This document shows positions 9,908 to 19,795 of a stretch of DNA of 64,000 nt, piece after piece. Both the position numbers and the translations under genes were made by a program. The notes under the pieces are model-generated. The model was not told where the DNA came from. It saw only the letters and a program-made list of their open reading frames with translations, and searched no databases. The stretch comes from Candidatus Dojkabacteria bacterium (GTDB lineage Bacteria > Patescibacteriota > Dojkabacteria > B142 > JAFGFJ01), in contig JAFGFJ010000006.1 in the NCBI GenBank assembly GCA_016931155.1, positions 472,652 to 536,651 of the forward strand, given 5' to 3'. The number at the start of each line of letters is the position of its first letter. The stretch's first letter is position 1.

Positions 9908-11743
9908 TTAGGTAGAGAAATCTCCTAAGGTCGGATCTGCTGTTTCAATGAGATCTTTTGACTTCATTATTATTGAGTCTGTCTGGAGACCTGCATTAAA
10001 AACTGCTCTTTCCTCATCCAGTATTTTTTTGTCAAAATAAGTCTGAATTCCGAGAAGGTTGCCGAAAGGTGGAACTCCTCCGATCATCAGCCCAAAACTT
10101 TCTTTAATTTTCTCGGGTCTTTCAAACTCCAGTTGTTCACCTGTTTGCTCCGCTATGGCCTTCATATCAATTTTCATGTGGCTTGGTATGCAGACCATAT
10201 AGTTTTCTTCTGTCTTTTTTCCTTTTAAAATTATTGCTTTGATTCCTTCTTCCATTTTCGTTCCTCTGATTTTTGAAGAATCTTCAGAAGTAGGGGTCGG
10301 TTCATGAATGAGGTGTTTGAATTCTCTACCTTCTTTTGTAAGCCTTTGTTTAATTGCTTCAACCATTTTTTCTCCTCCAAGTACCGGTTTTATCTTTATC
10401 TTTACTGCGGCAATTCTTTTCATGTCGGAAGGGAAGAGTGTCGCCTCGCGGATATTTTCAAGCCCAAGAAATTGCTTGGTAAATCTCTCCATTCCAAGTC
10501 CAAAGCCACCGTGAGGAGGCATGCCAAATTTAAAAATGCTCAAGTAATCGGTAAAATCCTGCGGATCAAGACCCTTTAGTTTCAGGCTTTCTACAAGCTC
10601 CTCATATTTATCAATTCTTCGACCGCCACTTGTGACTTCCGCTCCGTTACAGAGAAGATCAGCGTAGTCAGTAATTTCTGGATTCTTCTCATTTGGTCTT
10701 GCATAAAAAGCTACCTTCTTCCGGGGGAAATGAGTGACGAAAACAAAATCACAGCCGGCAGTTTCTTTAGCGTATGTTGATAATTCCTTCTCTGCGTCAG
10801 GTGTGAGATCATCTTCTCTCCTGATATCGGTCTTAGTCCTTTTATAAAAAATTTCTTGTGCCTCTTCCAGTGTTATTCTTGGTATTTTTGTAGACTCAGG
10901 GAGGTCTGCTACATTTCCAAAATATTTAAGTTCGCAGGCACATTCTTTCTTTATGGTTTTTACTATATATTTCATTATTTTTTCTTCCCAATCCAGGATT
11001 GTTTCAAGTCCGTCAATGAAGCCCATCTCAAATTCACACTGTGTGGCTTCAGTTATATGTCTCACTGTATTTGACTTCTCGGCTCGATAACACTTCATAA
11101 GAGCGAATGTGCGCTCAAAAACTCCGACCATTACCTGTTTGTAAAGCTGGCTTGACTGGGACAGTTTGGCAGAATGCCCGAAGTAGTCAACGGTAAAAAG
11201 TTCTGCTCCCCCTTCGCTTGAGGCACCGATTATTGTAGGTCCGAAATATTCGGTAAAACCGTTTTGTGTTAAAAATTCTCTGTACGCTTTCAGAAATACT
11301 GCCTGTATTTTGAAAATTGCTATTTCCCTTTCGTTTCGAAGGGCTATTGGTCTGTTCTCAAGGATTGTATCCAGGTTCGCCCGTATTTCTTTTTTATTTA
11401 TTTCAATGGGCGGGACTTCTGTAACTGGAACTTCTATGGTAATTTTAGGATCGACGACTTCAACACCAATCTCTGTTTGGTCGGATTTTTGAACCTTTCC
11501 TTCAACAGTAAGGATTGACCCAGTTTCTAGATCTTTAATTTTTTTAATTTCCTCTTTGTCTGAGACAACTATCTGAATGAACCCGCCTCTATCACGAAGC
11601 ACAAGGAAGTTAATTGTTCCAAGAAGACGAAGTGTGTGGAGCCAGCCTTTGAGTAGTATCTTTTTGCCGACTTGTTTGGTTGCTTCTGATGAGATTGTAC
11701 GTTCTGTTTTTGTCATTGGATGATGATAGTATTTTTCTTTCAT
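9908..11743 (-). CDS. aspS: aspartyl-tRNA synthetase (archaeal/eukaryotic-type class IIb) fused to a C-terminal YbaK/ProX-like deacylase domain
   Basis: N-terminal OB anticodon-binding fold, motif 2 YRAEKSNTVRHITEATQCEFEMGF, motif 3 GMPPHGGFGLGMERF. About 170 extra C-terminal residues (IILKGKK...VCIPSHMKIDMKAIAEQTG...GLMIGGVPPFG...) follow the YbaK pattern. Confidence 0.85.
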   Translation of the reverse strand: MKEKYYHHPMTKTERTISSEATKQVGKKILLKGWLHTLRLLGTINFLVLRDRGGFIQIVVSDKEEIKKIKDLETGSILTVEGKVQKSDQTEIGVEVVDPKITIEVPVTEVPPIEINKKEIRANLDTILENRPIALRNEREIAIFKIQAVFLKAYREFLTQNGFTEYFGPTIIGASSEGGAELFTVDYFGHSAKLSQSSQLYKQVMVGVFERTFALMKCYRAEKSNTVRHITEATQCEFEMGFIDGLETILDWEEKIMKYIVKTIKKECACELKYFGNVADLPESTKIPRITLEEAQEIFYKRTKTDIRREDDLTPDAEKELSTYAKETAGCDFVFVTHFPRKKVAFYARPNEKNPEITDYADLLCNGAEVTSGGRRIDKYEELVESLKLKGLDPQDFTDYLSIFKFGMPPHGGFGLGMERFTKQFLGLENIREATLFPSDMKRIAAVKIKIKPVLGGEKMVEAIKQRLTKEGREFKHLIHEPTPTSEDSSKIRGTKMEEGIKAIILKGKKTEENYMVCIPSHMKIDMKAIAEQTGEQLEFERPEKIKESFGLMIGGVPPFGNLLGIQTYFDKKILDEERAVFNAGLQTDSIIMKSKDLIETADPTLGDFST

Positions 11744-11963
11744 TAATCATGATAGCAAAATTTGTAAGAAAAGACCTTTGTATGCCAGAAGAATTTCTGA
11801 TCTTGCAAAGACCTCATTATTAAATAGTATATCTATTATTATTTCTTGATTTCTTGCTTGAAGGTTTTACGAATTTTTGTCTCCAATTACTCTCTTGTCA
11901 ATATTTCTTCAGATTCATCAGTTATTTTCCAGATAGAATAACTGTTTGATTGGATTTTTTCTA

Positions 11964-12998
11964 CTATTCCAATAGTTTGTCTGCAAGTTTTGTTGGTGAG
12001 AAATTTCTCGAGTCTAAACCAAAACTCAAGCGTACAATAAATGTTCCTAGTTGTGGGGTAGATAATCCTAATTGCTTATAGTTTCTTATTGCTTCACTAT
12101 TTGCTCCGCCACTTCCATTTGTGATGTATTTAGTAACAAGTTCTTTTACGTAATCCATATTCATGGCCTTAAATCGGGTATTATCTTCCTCAAGAAGATT
12201 AAGCCAGAGACTGCAAATTGTTTGATTGAGTATTCTGCTTAGAATAGGGTTATTGCATGTTGCGAGGAATTTGTGTTCACTTACTTCATCTCTATAATCT
12301 TTAGCCACGCTTTCTGGATAGGTTTTATAGTACTCAATCATTACTTCATTAATGGTACCTTTTAATAATTGCTCACCTGATGTGGCGATATTATCAATAG
12401 TGAGTTCATTGTCAATAGTCTTGAGGCTGAGAATATCCAAGATCAGAGTGTCGATAAGATCAGAGCAACGAATAGGCAGCTGAACCTCATCCTCGATTTG
12501 GTCAAAAGTGTAATAATTACTCATCAATAAGGCGATACCTCTTTGTATTGTTCTTTTATAGTCAGGTAAATCTAAATCATTTCTTTCAGCGTATTCTACT
12601 AAGCATGCACAGTTGTATCTGTTTCTGATATCAGGGAAGTTGGCTGAAATGGGTTTTATCTCTTCCTTCAATGGTGTGCCTGGGCAAGAGCCTCTTAAAA
12701 CTGAAAAGTAATTATCAATTTGATTTAATGAAATTTCTACTGAATATCCCATTTGTCTGAAACTTTCTTCAAGGATTGTGGCTATCTCAGCGGTGGATTT
12801 ATTTATCAGTCCACTACTCTGCGCAAACTGAGATAAAATAAAGGTGTCGAATGGGGTAACCACAAAATCCTCAGGTGGTGTAAAATTATTTGACTCATAC
12901 ACCAGTCTAATTGTATTTTGATCAGTTCGTGCATTCGGTCCTATGACTAAATCCGCAACTGCTGCTCTTGAAATAATTCCTTCTGCTCTAGTTGGCAT
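11964..12998 (-). CDS. hypothetical protein
   Basis: 344-aa ORF; no motif recognised. Confidence 0.5.
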   Translation of the reverse strand: MPTRAEGIISRAAVADLVIGPNARTDQNTIRLVYESNNFTPPEDFVVTPFDTFILSQFAQSSGLINKSTAEIATILEESFRQMGYSVEISLNQIDNYFSVLRGSCPGTPLKEEIKPISANFPDIRNRYNCACLVEYAERNDLDLPDYKRTIQRGIALLMSNYYTFDQIEDEVQLPIRCSDLIDTLILDILSLKTIDNELTIDNIATSGEQLLKGTINEVMIEYYKTYPESVAKDYRDEVSEHKFLATCNNPILSRILNQTICSLWLNLLEEDNTRFKAMNMDYVKELVTKYITNGSGGANSEAIRNYKQLGLSTPQLGTFIVRLSFGLDSRNFSPTKLADKLLE

Positions 12999-13143
12999 AA
13001 TTAGATATTCTAAAAGATATGCTGATTATATTGTTCAGTCATTTTTTTATCAACAACACTGTTCTTCTTTAGAACAAGCCTTTGAATTATAGCTTATGTC
13101 TCGGTTATATACAAAACTTTTTTCTATTTTTATTTATTTCCTC

Positions 13144-13200
13144 TTGACAATGTAATTATTTTTATCTAAAGTGGTGACAGGTGGTGAAAAGTGGTGAACA
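13144..13200 (+). promoter_or_regulatory. mraZ promoter (TTGACA at 13144-13149, TAAAGT at 13167-13172) overlapping three 10-bp-phased GTGGTGA direct repeats (13171, 13181, 13191), an MraZ-operator-like array
   Basis: gtggtgacag gtggtgaaaa gtggtgaaca read directly; MraZ is known to bind phased GTG-containing direct repeats in its own promoter. Confidence 0.5.
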
Positions 13201-13357
13201 ATGAATTTGCACTCTTAACCGTTTTTTCTCTTAGATTCGTAAGAATTTAAGACCTCACAAACTTCTATTTTACTTCAACATCACGATTCACCACCAAAAG
13301 ATAGTAAACAATAGCTAGAACTGGTTTTTGCTGCCCAATATTTTTTAAAGGACAGCA

Positions 13358-13834
13358 ATGCTAATAGGAGAATACAGAAACAGGCTTGGAGAAAAGAATA
13401 GGTTGGCATTACCGATTAAATTCAGAGAGGAGCTTGGGGACAATATAATCGTAACCCGCGGCTACGAAAGTAGCTTGATTATTGTAGATAAAAAACTTTG
13501 GGAGAATTTGCTTAAAGAATTTGGTGACAGAGCTTTTGCGATGAGTCTTGTTAGGGATACAAGGAGATTTTTGATAGGGGGTGCTTACGAGATAGATCTG
13601 GATAAACAGGGGAGATTTGTTCTTCCTGAGAGTCTGAAAGAGTATGCAGGTGTGAAGGAGGAAGCAGTTTTTGTAGGACTTGAGGATTGGATTGAAGTAT
13701 GGGACTTCGATAAATGGGAGAAGAAACTAAATGAGCTTAAACTTAAGGCAGGAGAAATTGCAGAAAGTATATATAAGGTCAGACCTTTTAGTGAAGCGAG
13801 GTCAAATAATAAAGAGGAGGGAAATGGAAAATAG
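13358..13834 (+). CDS. mraZ: transcriptional regulator MraZ
   Basis: Two MraZ half-domains; N-terminal RLALPIKFREEL. Confidence 0.9.
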   Translation: MLIGEYRNRLGEKNRLALPIKFREELGDNIIVTRGYESSLIIVDKKLWENLLKEFGDRAFAMSLVRDTRRFLIGGAYEIDLDKQGRFVLPESLKEYAGVKEEAVFVGLEDWIEVWDFDKWEKKLNELKLKAGEIAESIYKVRPFSEARSNNKEEGNGK

Positions 13835-14810
13835 TAAACACGTACCAGTCCTTTTACAACATACACTTGATTTTCTGAAGGTTGAGCCGGGGAAAACTTA
13901 TGTAGATATGACTCTGGGTGGTGGTGGACATTCACGGGAGATTATTAAAAAGCTAAAAGAAAAAGGAAGGCTTATAGCTTTTGATGTCGATAAAAAGGCA
14001 ATTGAAAGATTTAAGAAAGAATTGAGAAATCTAAAATTTAGTGAGAAATATTTCGGAAACAAAAATAAATTGAAGAATCAAGGATTTTGTTACGAAATGT
14101 TCGAGTACATGAAAGACGAGCTAAAGGTTTTTCTGGTAAATATGAACTTTGAAAGGTTGATTGATGCTTTAGCAGAGATTGGAATAAGCGAAGTAGACGG
14201 GATTATTGCTGACCTGGGATTTTCAACAAACCAGTTGGAGGATTCAGGAAAAGGTTTCAGCTTTAAAAGGGAAGAAGAGCTTGATATGAGGATGAATGAT
14301 GGGCTAAGAGTCAAAGCCAGGGATTTGGTTAATCTGCTTGGCGTGAAGCAGTTGGAGTCGATGTTTAAGGAATACGGAGACGAGGTGTATGCGAAAAGAA
14401 TTGCAAAAGAAATAGTAAAGAGGAGAAAAGAAAAAGGAATTGAGACAACATTTGATCTTTTAAAAATCATAAATATTGCTGTTCCGGCAGTAAGAAAACG
14501 AAGAATGCTTCGTAATCTGCTGCCAGCTACCAGGGTTTTTCAAGCACTACGGATTGCAGTGAATCATGAATTTGATTCACTGAACCTCTCACTGCCCCAG
14601 ACGCTTGAGGTATCGGTAGCTGGCAGCAGATTGGTTTTTTTAAGTTTCCACTCAGGAGAAGACAGGATAGTAAAGAACTTCTTCAGAGACCAGGAAAAAT
14701 CAGGAAAATTAAAAATAATAACGAAAAAGCCAATTACTCCTTCTGTTGAGGAATTGCACCTCAATAGAAAATCGAGAAGCGCGAAATTGCGTGCTGCAGA
14801 GATGATGTAG
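13824..14810 (+). CDS. rsmH: 16S rRNA m4C1402 methyltransferase RsmH (MraW)
   Basis: HVPVLL...VDMTLGGGGHS SAM motif. Start ATG 13824 overlaps the mraZ stop and is preceded by AGAGGAGG. Confidence 0.9.
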   Translation: MENSKHVPVLLQHTLDFLKVEPGKTYVDMTLGGGGHSREIIKKLKEKGRLIAFDVDKKAIERFKKELRNLKFSEKYFGNKNKLKNQGFCYEMFEYMKDELKVFLVNMNFERLIDALAEIGISEVDGIIADLGFSTNQLEDSGKGFSFKREEELDMRMNDGLRVKARDLVNLLGVKQLESMFKEYGDEVYAKRIAKEIVKRRKEKGIETTFDLLKIINIAVPAVRKRRMLRNLLPATRVFQALRIAVNHEFDSLNLSLPQTLEVSVAGSRLVFLSFHSGEDRIVKNFFRDQEKSGKLKIITKKPITPSVEELHLNRKSRSAKLRAAEMM

Positions 14811-14843
14811 AGTACTTTAACTATAACTATTGCACTGCCTTAG

Positions 14844-15185
14844 ATGTTCAAGCTAAAAAATAGCGAGCAGAACTTCACAAGTCAAGACAGATTTCAAGGT
14901 CTTCAAAAAAGGCTTGCAATGGTTTTATTTTCTCTTGTATTGTTATTCATTGCTATCCAGTTTCTGGTGCTTGGTGTTATTGGTGTGAGAGGGAACGATC
15001 TTAGTAAACTGCGAACGCAACAGGAACAGCAGAGAATAGAGAATGAAATCCTCCGTGCAGATATAATGGAATCTCAGGTTTCGAGCAAAATTAAATCAGA
15101 GGTTGAATCAAGTTATCTGATGAAAGAAACGAAACTTATGGTTATCGATTCAAAGACTGGCGAGGTTAGTGCACAAACTCCATAA
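14844..15185 (+). CDS. ftsL: FtsL-like cell division protein
   Basis: Small bitopic protein: one TM helix then a coiled coil, positioned between rsmH and ftsI. Confidence 0.6.
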   Translation: MFKLKNSEQNFTSQDRFQGLQKRLAMVLFSLVLLFIAIQFLVLGVIGVRGNDLSKLRTQQEQQRIENEILRADIMESQVSSKIKSEVESSYLMKETKLMVIDSKTGEVSAQTP

Positions 15186-15191
15186 TATCAA

Positions 15192-16982
15192 ATGAAACTT
15201 GAAAAATATCATCAAAGAAAAATCAAATTACTGGGGTCTTTTTTGGTTCTATTTTTTCTTTTGATAGCATTCTTTCTTATCAGATGGCAGGTTGTTGAAA
15301 GTGAGAAATACAAGGCGTATGCCAACCAAAGGATCACTGAAACAATGATCCCATCAATTCGTGGTGCTATCCTTGCGGCTGATGGTTCTACACTGGCTTA
15401 TAGTGAGCCGCGTTTTGACATTTATATTTTCAAAAAAGATATTGAAGAGGCTGAGAAAAAAAAGTTTCAGACCAGGGGAGAATTTATCGAAAAGGTTTCG
15501 TCTATACTTGAAAATAAGGAAAAAGTAGAGCAGGCGTTTCTTGAAAAAGAGACCTGGATAAGAATTGCTGATAAGGTAAGCTATGAAACAAAGGAAGAGC
15601 TTTTTAATCTTCAGCCTGAGTGTTGTAACACTAGAAAACTTCAAGGAATATTTTACGAGCTTTCTACACAAAGGATATATCCTGAAGGGGCACTTGCTCC
15701 GCACGTTCTTGGATTTGTGGGAAAAAGTTATAGCTCAAATGAGCTCGGTCGTGGAGGGATCGAGCAGTTCAGGAATGGGATCTTGAGTCCTCAGGAGGGG
15801 TATGACTTTAGTGAAAGGGACAGCTTTGGAAATATTATTACTCTTTCCGAGTCTGATCCTATCGAGGCGAGGAGAGGAAGTACTCTTATTACAACTATTG
15901 ATAAAACACTTCAACAGAAAGTTGAAGAAAAGCTTGAAGAAGGGGTAAATAGGTATGAAGCAAAAAGCGGTACTGCGATAATAATGGATCCAAAAACAGG
16001 AAAGATTTTAGCTATGGCAAACTATCCGGATTTTGATCCCAATAAATATTATGAAATAGAGGATCAGAGCGTTTTCAGGAACAATGGAATCAGTTCTCCC
16101 TATGAGATGGGATCGGTGATGAAAGCGATTACAATGTCTGCTGGAATTGATTCAGGGAAAATAACTCCGAACACGGTGGTGGTTGAGAGTCATGAGGGAT
16201 GCGAGCACCTTTTAGAAGAAAAAGAGGTCTGTACTTACGATAAAAAGCCACAAGGAAAGCTTACTGCACTCGATGCACTAATAAAGTCTGACAACATTGC
16301 TCTTTATCATACTGCAAAAATGATTGGACAGGACACGTTTTATAAATACTTGAAGAAGTTCGGGATCGGTTCCCCGACAGGTATCGATCTCACAGGTGAG
16401 TCCTATAGTTCCATTCCTGACTCCAGGACGTGGAATCTTGCAGATCTTGCAACCTACTCCTACGGTCACTCATATCAAGTCACTCCGATTCAGACAATAT
16501 CTGCTGTTGGAGCTCTAGCAAACGGCGGGAAACTCATGCAGCCCTATATAGTTCAAAGAATTATTGATCCCTCGGGAGAAGTAAAAGAATTTAACCCTGT
16601 TGTGGTAACTCAGGTTGTGAAGCCAGAAACTGCTGTCATAATGCAGGATATGATGCACGAAGTGTTTAAATCTCAAACAAAGGAAATTCATTATCAGAGA
16701 GCATTTAAGGAATACCGGATTGCCTTGAAATCAGGAACAGCTCTTATTCCTTGTGTTCTTGTGCCTGAGAAAAATTGTTACGGTTATTCAAGTGAATATA
16801 ACGCTACCTACATCGGTTTTGATGCTTCTGATGAAAAAAGTTTTATTATGCTGATCAGGCTTGAAAGACCAAGGCTGGAATCATCAAGTTCGGATCTTTC
16901 TTATTTCAATGCAAGGCATGTGTGGCTTGAAACTTTTGATGCAGTAAAGGATTATATTGGAGTACCAAAAGCAGGAGGATAA
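15192..16982 (+). CDS. ftsI: peptidoglycan D,D-transpeptidase FtsI (class B PBP)
   Basis: SxxK (GSVMK), SxN (KSDN), KSG(T) motifs after an N-terminal TM helix. Confidence 0.9.
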   Translation: MKLEKYHQRKIKLLGSFLVLFFLLIAFFLIRWQVVESEKYKAYANQRITETMIPSIRGAILAADGSTLAYSEPRFDIYIFKKDIEEAEKKKFQTRGEFIEKVSSILENKEKVEQAFLEKETWIRIADKVSYETKEELFNLQPECCNTRKLQGIFYELSTQRIYPEGALAPHVLGFVGKSYSSNELGRGGIEQFRNGILSPQEGYDFSERDSFGNIITLSESDPIEARRGSTLITTIDKTLQQKVEEKLEEGVNRYEAKSGTAIIMDPKTGKILAMANYPDFDPNKYYEIEDQSVFRNNGISSPYEMGSVMKAITMSAGIDSGKITPNTVVVESHEGCEHLLEEKEVCTYDKKPQGKLTALDALIKSDNIALYHTAKMIGQDTFYKYLKKFGIGSPTGIDLTGESYSSIPDSRTWNLADLATYSYGHSYQVTPIQTISAVGALANGGKLMQPYIVQRIIDPSGEVKEFNPVVVTQVVKPETAVIMQDMMHEVFKSQTKEIHYQRAFKEYRIALKSGTALIPCVLVPEKNCYGYSSEYNATYIGFDASDEKSFIMLIRLERPRLESSSSDLSYFNARHVWLETFDAVKDYIGVPKAGG

Positions 16983-17084
16983 ATATTTATAAATCTGTCA
17001 TAATGGAAGGCGTATATCGTTAGTATCTATGTCCTACCGGGTTTTATTCGAGTAGGACTTTACGTTTAAAAAGGGAAAAGGCTT

Positions 17085-18371
17085 ATGTCAAAATATCGAA
17101 TTGTTGGTGGAAATCCTATATCCGGGACAATTATTCCAGCTGGAAATAAAAACTCGGCTCTTCCGATTATTGCTGCGAGTCTACTGACTGATGAGGAGGT
17201 CATACTTACAAATGTACCTGCAATTAGTGATGTTTCAGTTCAACTGAGGCTACTGCGAAAACTTGGTGCTTCTGTTAAGTACAACAGAAAAGAGGGGGAG
17301 GTAATAATAAGGGTAAAGACACTTGTTACGCATAAACTTGATAAGGGTGATGTTTTGAAAACACGTGGTTCAATATTATTCCTGGGTTCCCTTGTCGGTA
17401 GAGCCAAAAAAGCTGAGGTATGGTCTCCTGGTGGATGTAAGCTTGGCAAAAGACCTCTGGATAGCTATTTCATTGCGATGCAGAAGCTGGGAGCAAAAAT
17501 TTTAGTGAGTGACTCATACATTGTTGATGCAAGTAAACTCAGGGGAAGCAGAGTATGGCAAGAGGAGACTGCAGTAACAGGTACGGAAAATCTGATTATG
17601 GCAGGTGTTTTGGCAAAGGGAACAACAATGATTATTAATGCTGCAAGTGAACCTCATGTACAGGATCTGTGCAATTTTCTTAACCAAATGGGAGCTCGAA
17701 TTTCAGGAGTAGGAAGCAATGTATTGAGTATAGAAGGCGTGGAAAAACTCAGTGGTACACAGTTCGAAATTTCTTCGGACTTCATGGAAATTGGAACATT
17801 TATTGCGGCAGCTGTTGTTACAGGCGGAGAAATTAAGATAAAAAAAGCTCTGACTATGCATATGGATCAGATTTTGAGTCAGTATGGAAAACTTGGAGTA
17901 AGAGTTCTGGTAGACAAGAATAAAGATGAAATAATAGTACCCCCTGGACAGAATCTTGTAGTCAGAGATTATATGGATGGCTCAACAAACAAACTGGAAA
18001 CAATGCCTTGGCCTGGTTTTCCCGCAGATCTTTTGCAGTTTGCGATTGTGATTGCTACTCAGGCTAAGGGCAGGATTTTAGTATTTGATAAATTGTATGA
18101 AGGAAGGCTTTTTTATACTTCAGAACTTAATAAAATGGGTGCTGATATATTTTTAAGTGATCCTCACAGACTTGTAGTGTATGGGCCGACAAAACTAAAA
18201 GGAAAAACATTGAAATCGAGTGATATAAGATCCGGGATGTCTCTTCTAATAGCGGCACTTGCTGCGGAAGGAGAAAGTATTCTTGAAAATGGAGAAATAA
18301 TTGAAAGAGGTTATGAACATATTGAGGAGAGATTTAGGGAACTCGGTGCAAGAATAGAGAGAATTGTTTAG
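17085..18371 (+). CDS. murA: UDP-N-acetylglucosamine 1-carboxyvinyltransferase
   Basis: N-terminus IVGGNPISGTI..AGNKNSALPIIAAS; active-site Cys in SPGGCKLGKRPLD. Confidence 0.9.
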   Translation: MSKYRIVGGNPISGTIIPAGNKNSALPIIAASLLTDEEVILTNVPAISDVSVQLRLLRKLGASVKYNRKEGEVIIRVKTLVTHKLDKGDVLKTRGSILFLGSLVGRAKKAEVWSPGGCKLGKRPLDSYFIAMQKLGAKILVSDSYIVDASKLRGSRVWQEETAVTGTENLIMAGVLAKGTTMIINAASEPHVQDLCNFLNQMGARISGVGSNVLSIEGVEKLSGTQFEISSDFMEIGTFIAAAVVTGGEIKIKKALTMHMDQILSQYGKLGVRVLVDKNKDEIIVPPGQNLVVRDYMDGSTNKLETMPWPGFPADLLQFAIVIATQAKGRILVFDKLYEGRLFYTSELNKMGADIFLSDPHRLVVYGPTKLKGKTLKSSDIRSGMSLLIAALAAEGESILENGEIIERGYEHIEERFRELGARIERIV

Positions 18372-18453
18372 ATTTGTTGAACAAGGATATCAGTAGAGTA
18401 ATTTCACGTTTTCAGTTATTATTAGGTATCTGCTTCTCTTATTTGTACTAAAA

Positions 18454-19212
18454 ATGGTCTTTCCTAGAAAAATTCTTAAACTCTATCTATCTTTCCTGTC
18501 AAGACTGGCTATTAAAAAGCACTCAATGGAGCTGATAATAATTGTTGGCTGGCATAGCACCGAGATTGTGAGAGAAGCTATTTATGAAATTTTAAATGAA
18601 AAATTTCTTGTAAGAAGAAATGTTAAGAATCTCTGGTGGGACTTGTCGGTTCCTCTGACTGTCCTGGGATACAAGGATAAAAAAAGGAATATGGCAGGAT
18701 GGTTTATTGTGTGTGTAAGGGCTTTGTTTTATCTCATTGTAGGTCAGAGGAATCCGCATAAAATCATTTTGAATTTGAATACTGTTCACAGTAGTACTGC
18801 AGATTTTTGGACAGAATTTATCAAGCCGGATTTCCTTATTATTGTCAATCAGAAAACAAAAAGCCGTCTTATAGAGAACCTTATCGAAAATACAGAGAAA
18901 AATTCGGGAAAGGTGATTTATGATCCTTTGAAGAGTAAATTCCAGTTCGAGAGAGCTGTTGGTTTCACCTTCGGGGAAGAAAAAAATGTGGATCTAAAAG
19001 TCGTTGAGGGAAAGAATTGTGCAATATACAAATATAAAAATCAAAGTGTTAGGCTTTCCTATTCTATCCTTCCAAAATTCTCTTCACACTTTTTCGCTTC
19101 TGCGTTAAGTCTAGGAGTTAGTTATGGCGTGAGTTTGATAAATGCTTCTTTTGCCGCACTTAAAGTGGATTTCCATTCAAGACTGATCCCTAAGATTATT
19201 TCAAAAATTTAA
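18454..19212 (+). CDS. degenerate MurF-like (Mur ligase central-domain) protein, P-loop lost; likely pseudoenzyme or decaying gene
   Basis: IIIVGWHSTEIVREAIYEIL...KNLWWDLSVPLTVL aligns to MurF VALTGSSGKTSVKEMTAAIL...GNLNNDIGVPMTLL, but GxxGKT is GWHSTE. Only 252 aa with no C-terminal domain. Confidence 0.5.
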   Translation: MVFPRKILKLYLSFLSRLAIKKHSMELIIIVGWHSTEIVREAIYEILNEKFLVRRNVKNLWWDLSVPLTVLGYKDKKRNMAGWFIVCVRALFYLIVGQRNPHKIILNLNTVHSSTADFWTEFIKPDFLIIVNQKTKSRLIENLIENTEKNSGKVIYDPLKSKFQFERAVGFTFGEEKNVDLKVVEGKNCAIYKYKNQSVRLSYSILPKFSSHFFASALSLGVSYGVSLINASFAALKVDFHSRLIPKIISKI

Positions 19213-19784
19213 TGGATGACTTGAGCGAAAAAGAGCAAATTGCTCTCATAAAAAAAACGAAACTTGACAAGAAATGCTTCGGGAAGATCTACGAGTATTA
19301 CTATCAAAAAGTTCTTGATTTTGCAAAAAAGCGAGTGACAGATATTCATACCGCTGAGGATTTGACAGGAGATATTTTCGAGAAGATTTTTCGTTCTTTC
19401 GGTAACTTCCAATGGCAAGGCATATCTTTATCTGCATGGATATTTAGAATTGCAAGAAATGCTGTTATAGACTTCTATAGAAAAAACAATAAACGAAAAG
19501 GTAATATTTCAATGGAGGATATGCAGGATAAGCTGATTGCGCCGGACAGTGCGATCGAAACAGGTATCCTTGAAGATGAGATACAGGTAATGCTGTACAA
19601 TTCGATACGGGAATTCGGAGATGAGGAGCAGTATTTGATTTATTTTAAATTCTTTGCTGAAATGTCAAATAAAGAGATAGCAGAGGAATCAGGAATGACG
19701 GAGACCAATGTCGGGACAAAATTGCACAGAATAAGAAAGAAATTGAAGAGAATAATGGAAAAAGCTGAGAAAACGGGTCAATAA
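19212..19784 (+). CDS. ECF-type RNA polymerase sigma-70 family factor
   Basis: Region 2 (AWIFRIARNAVIDFYRK) and region 4 helix-turn-helix (EIAEESGMTETNVGTKLHRIRKKL). Confidence 0.8.
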   Translation: MDDLSEKEQIALIKKTKLDKKCFGKIYEYYYQKVLDFAKKRVTDIHTAEDLTGDIFEKIFRSFGNFQWQGISLSAWIFRIARNAVIDFYRKNNKRKGNISMEDMQDKLIAPDSAIETGILEDEIQVMLYNSIREFGDEEQYLIYFKFFAEMSNKEIAEESGMTETNVGTKLHRIRKKLKRIMEKAEKTGQ

Positions 19785-19795
19785 TTTTTCAAAAT

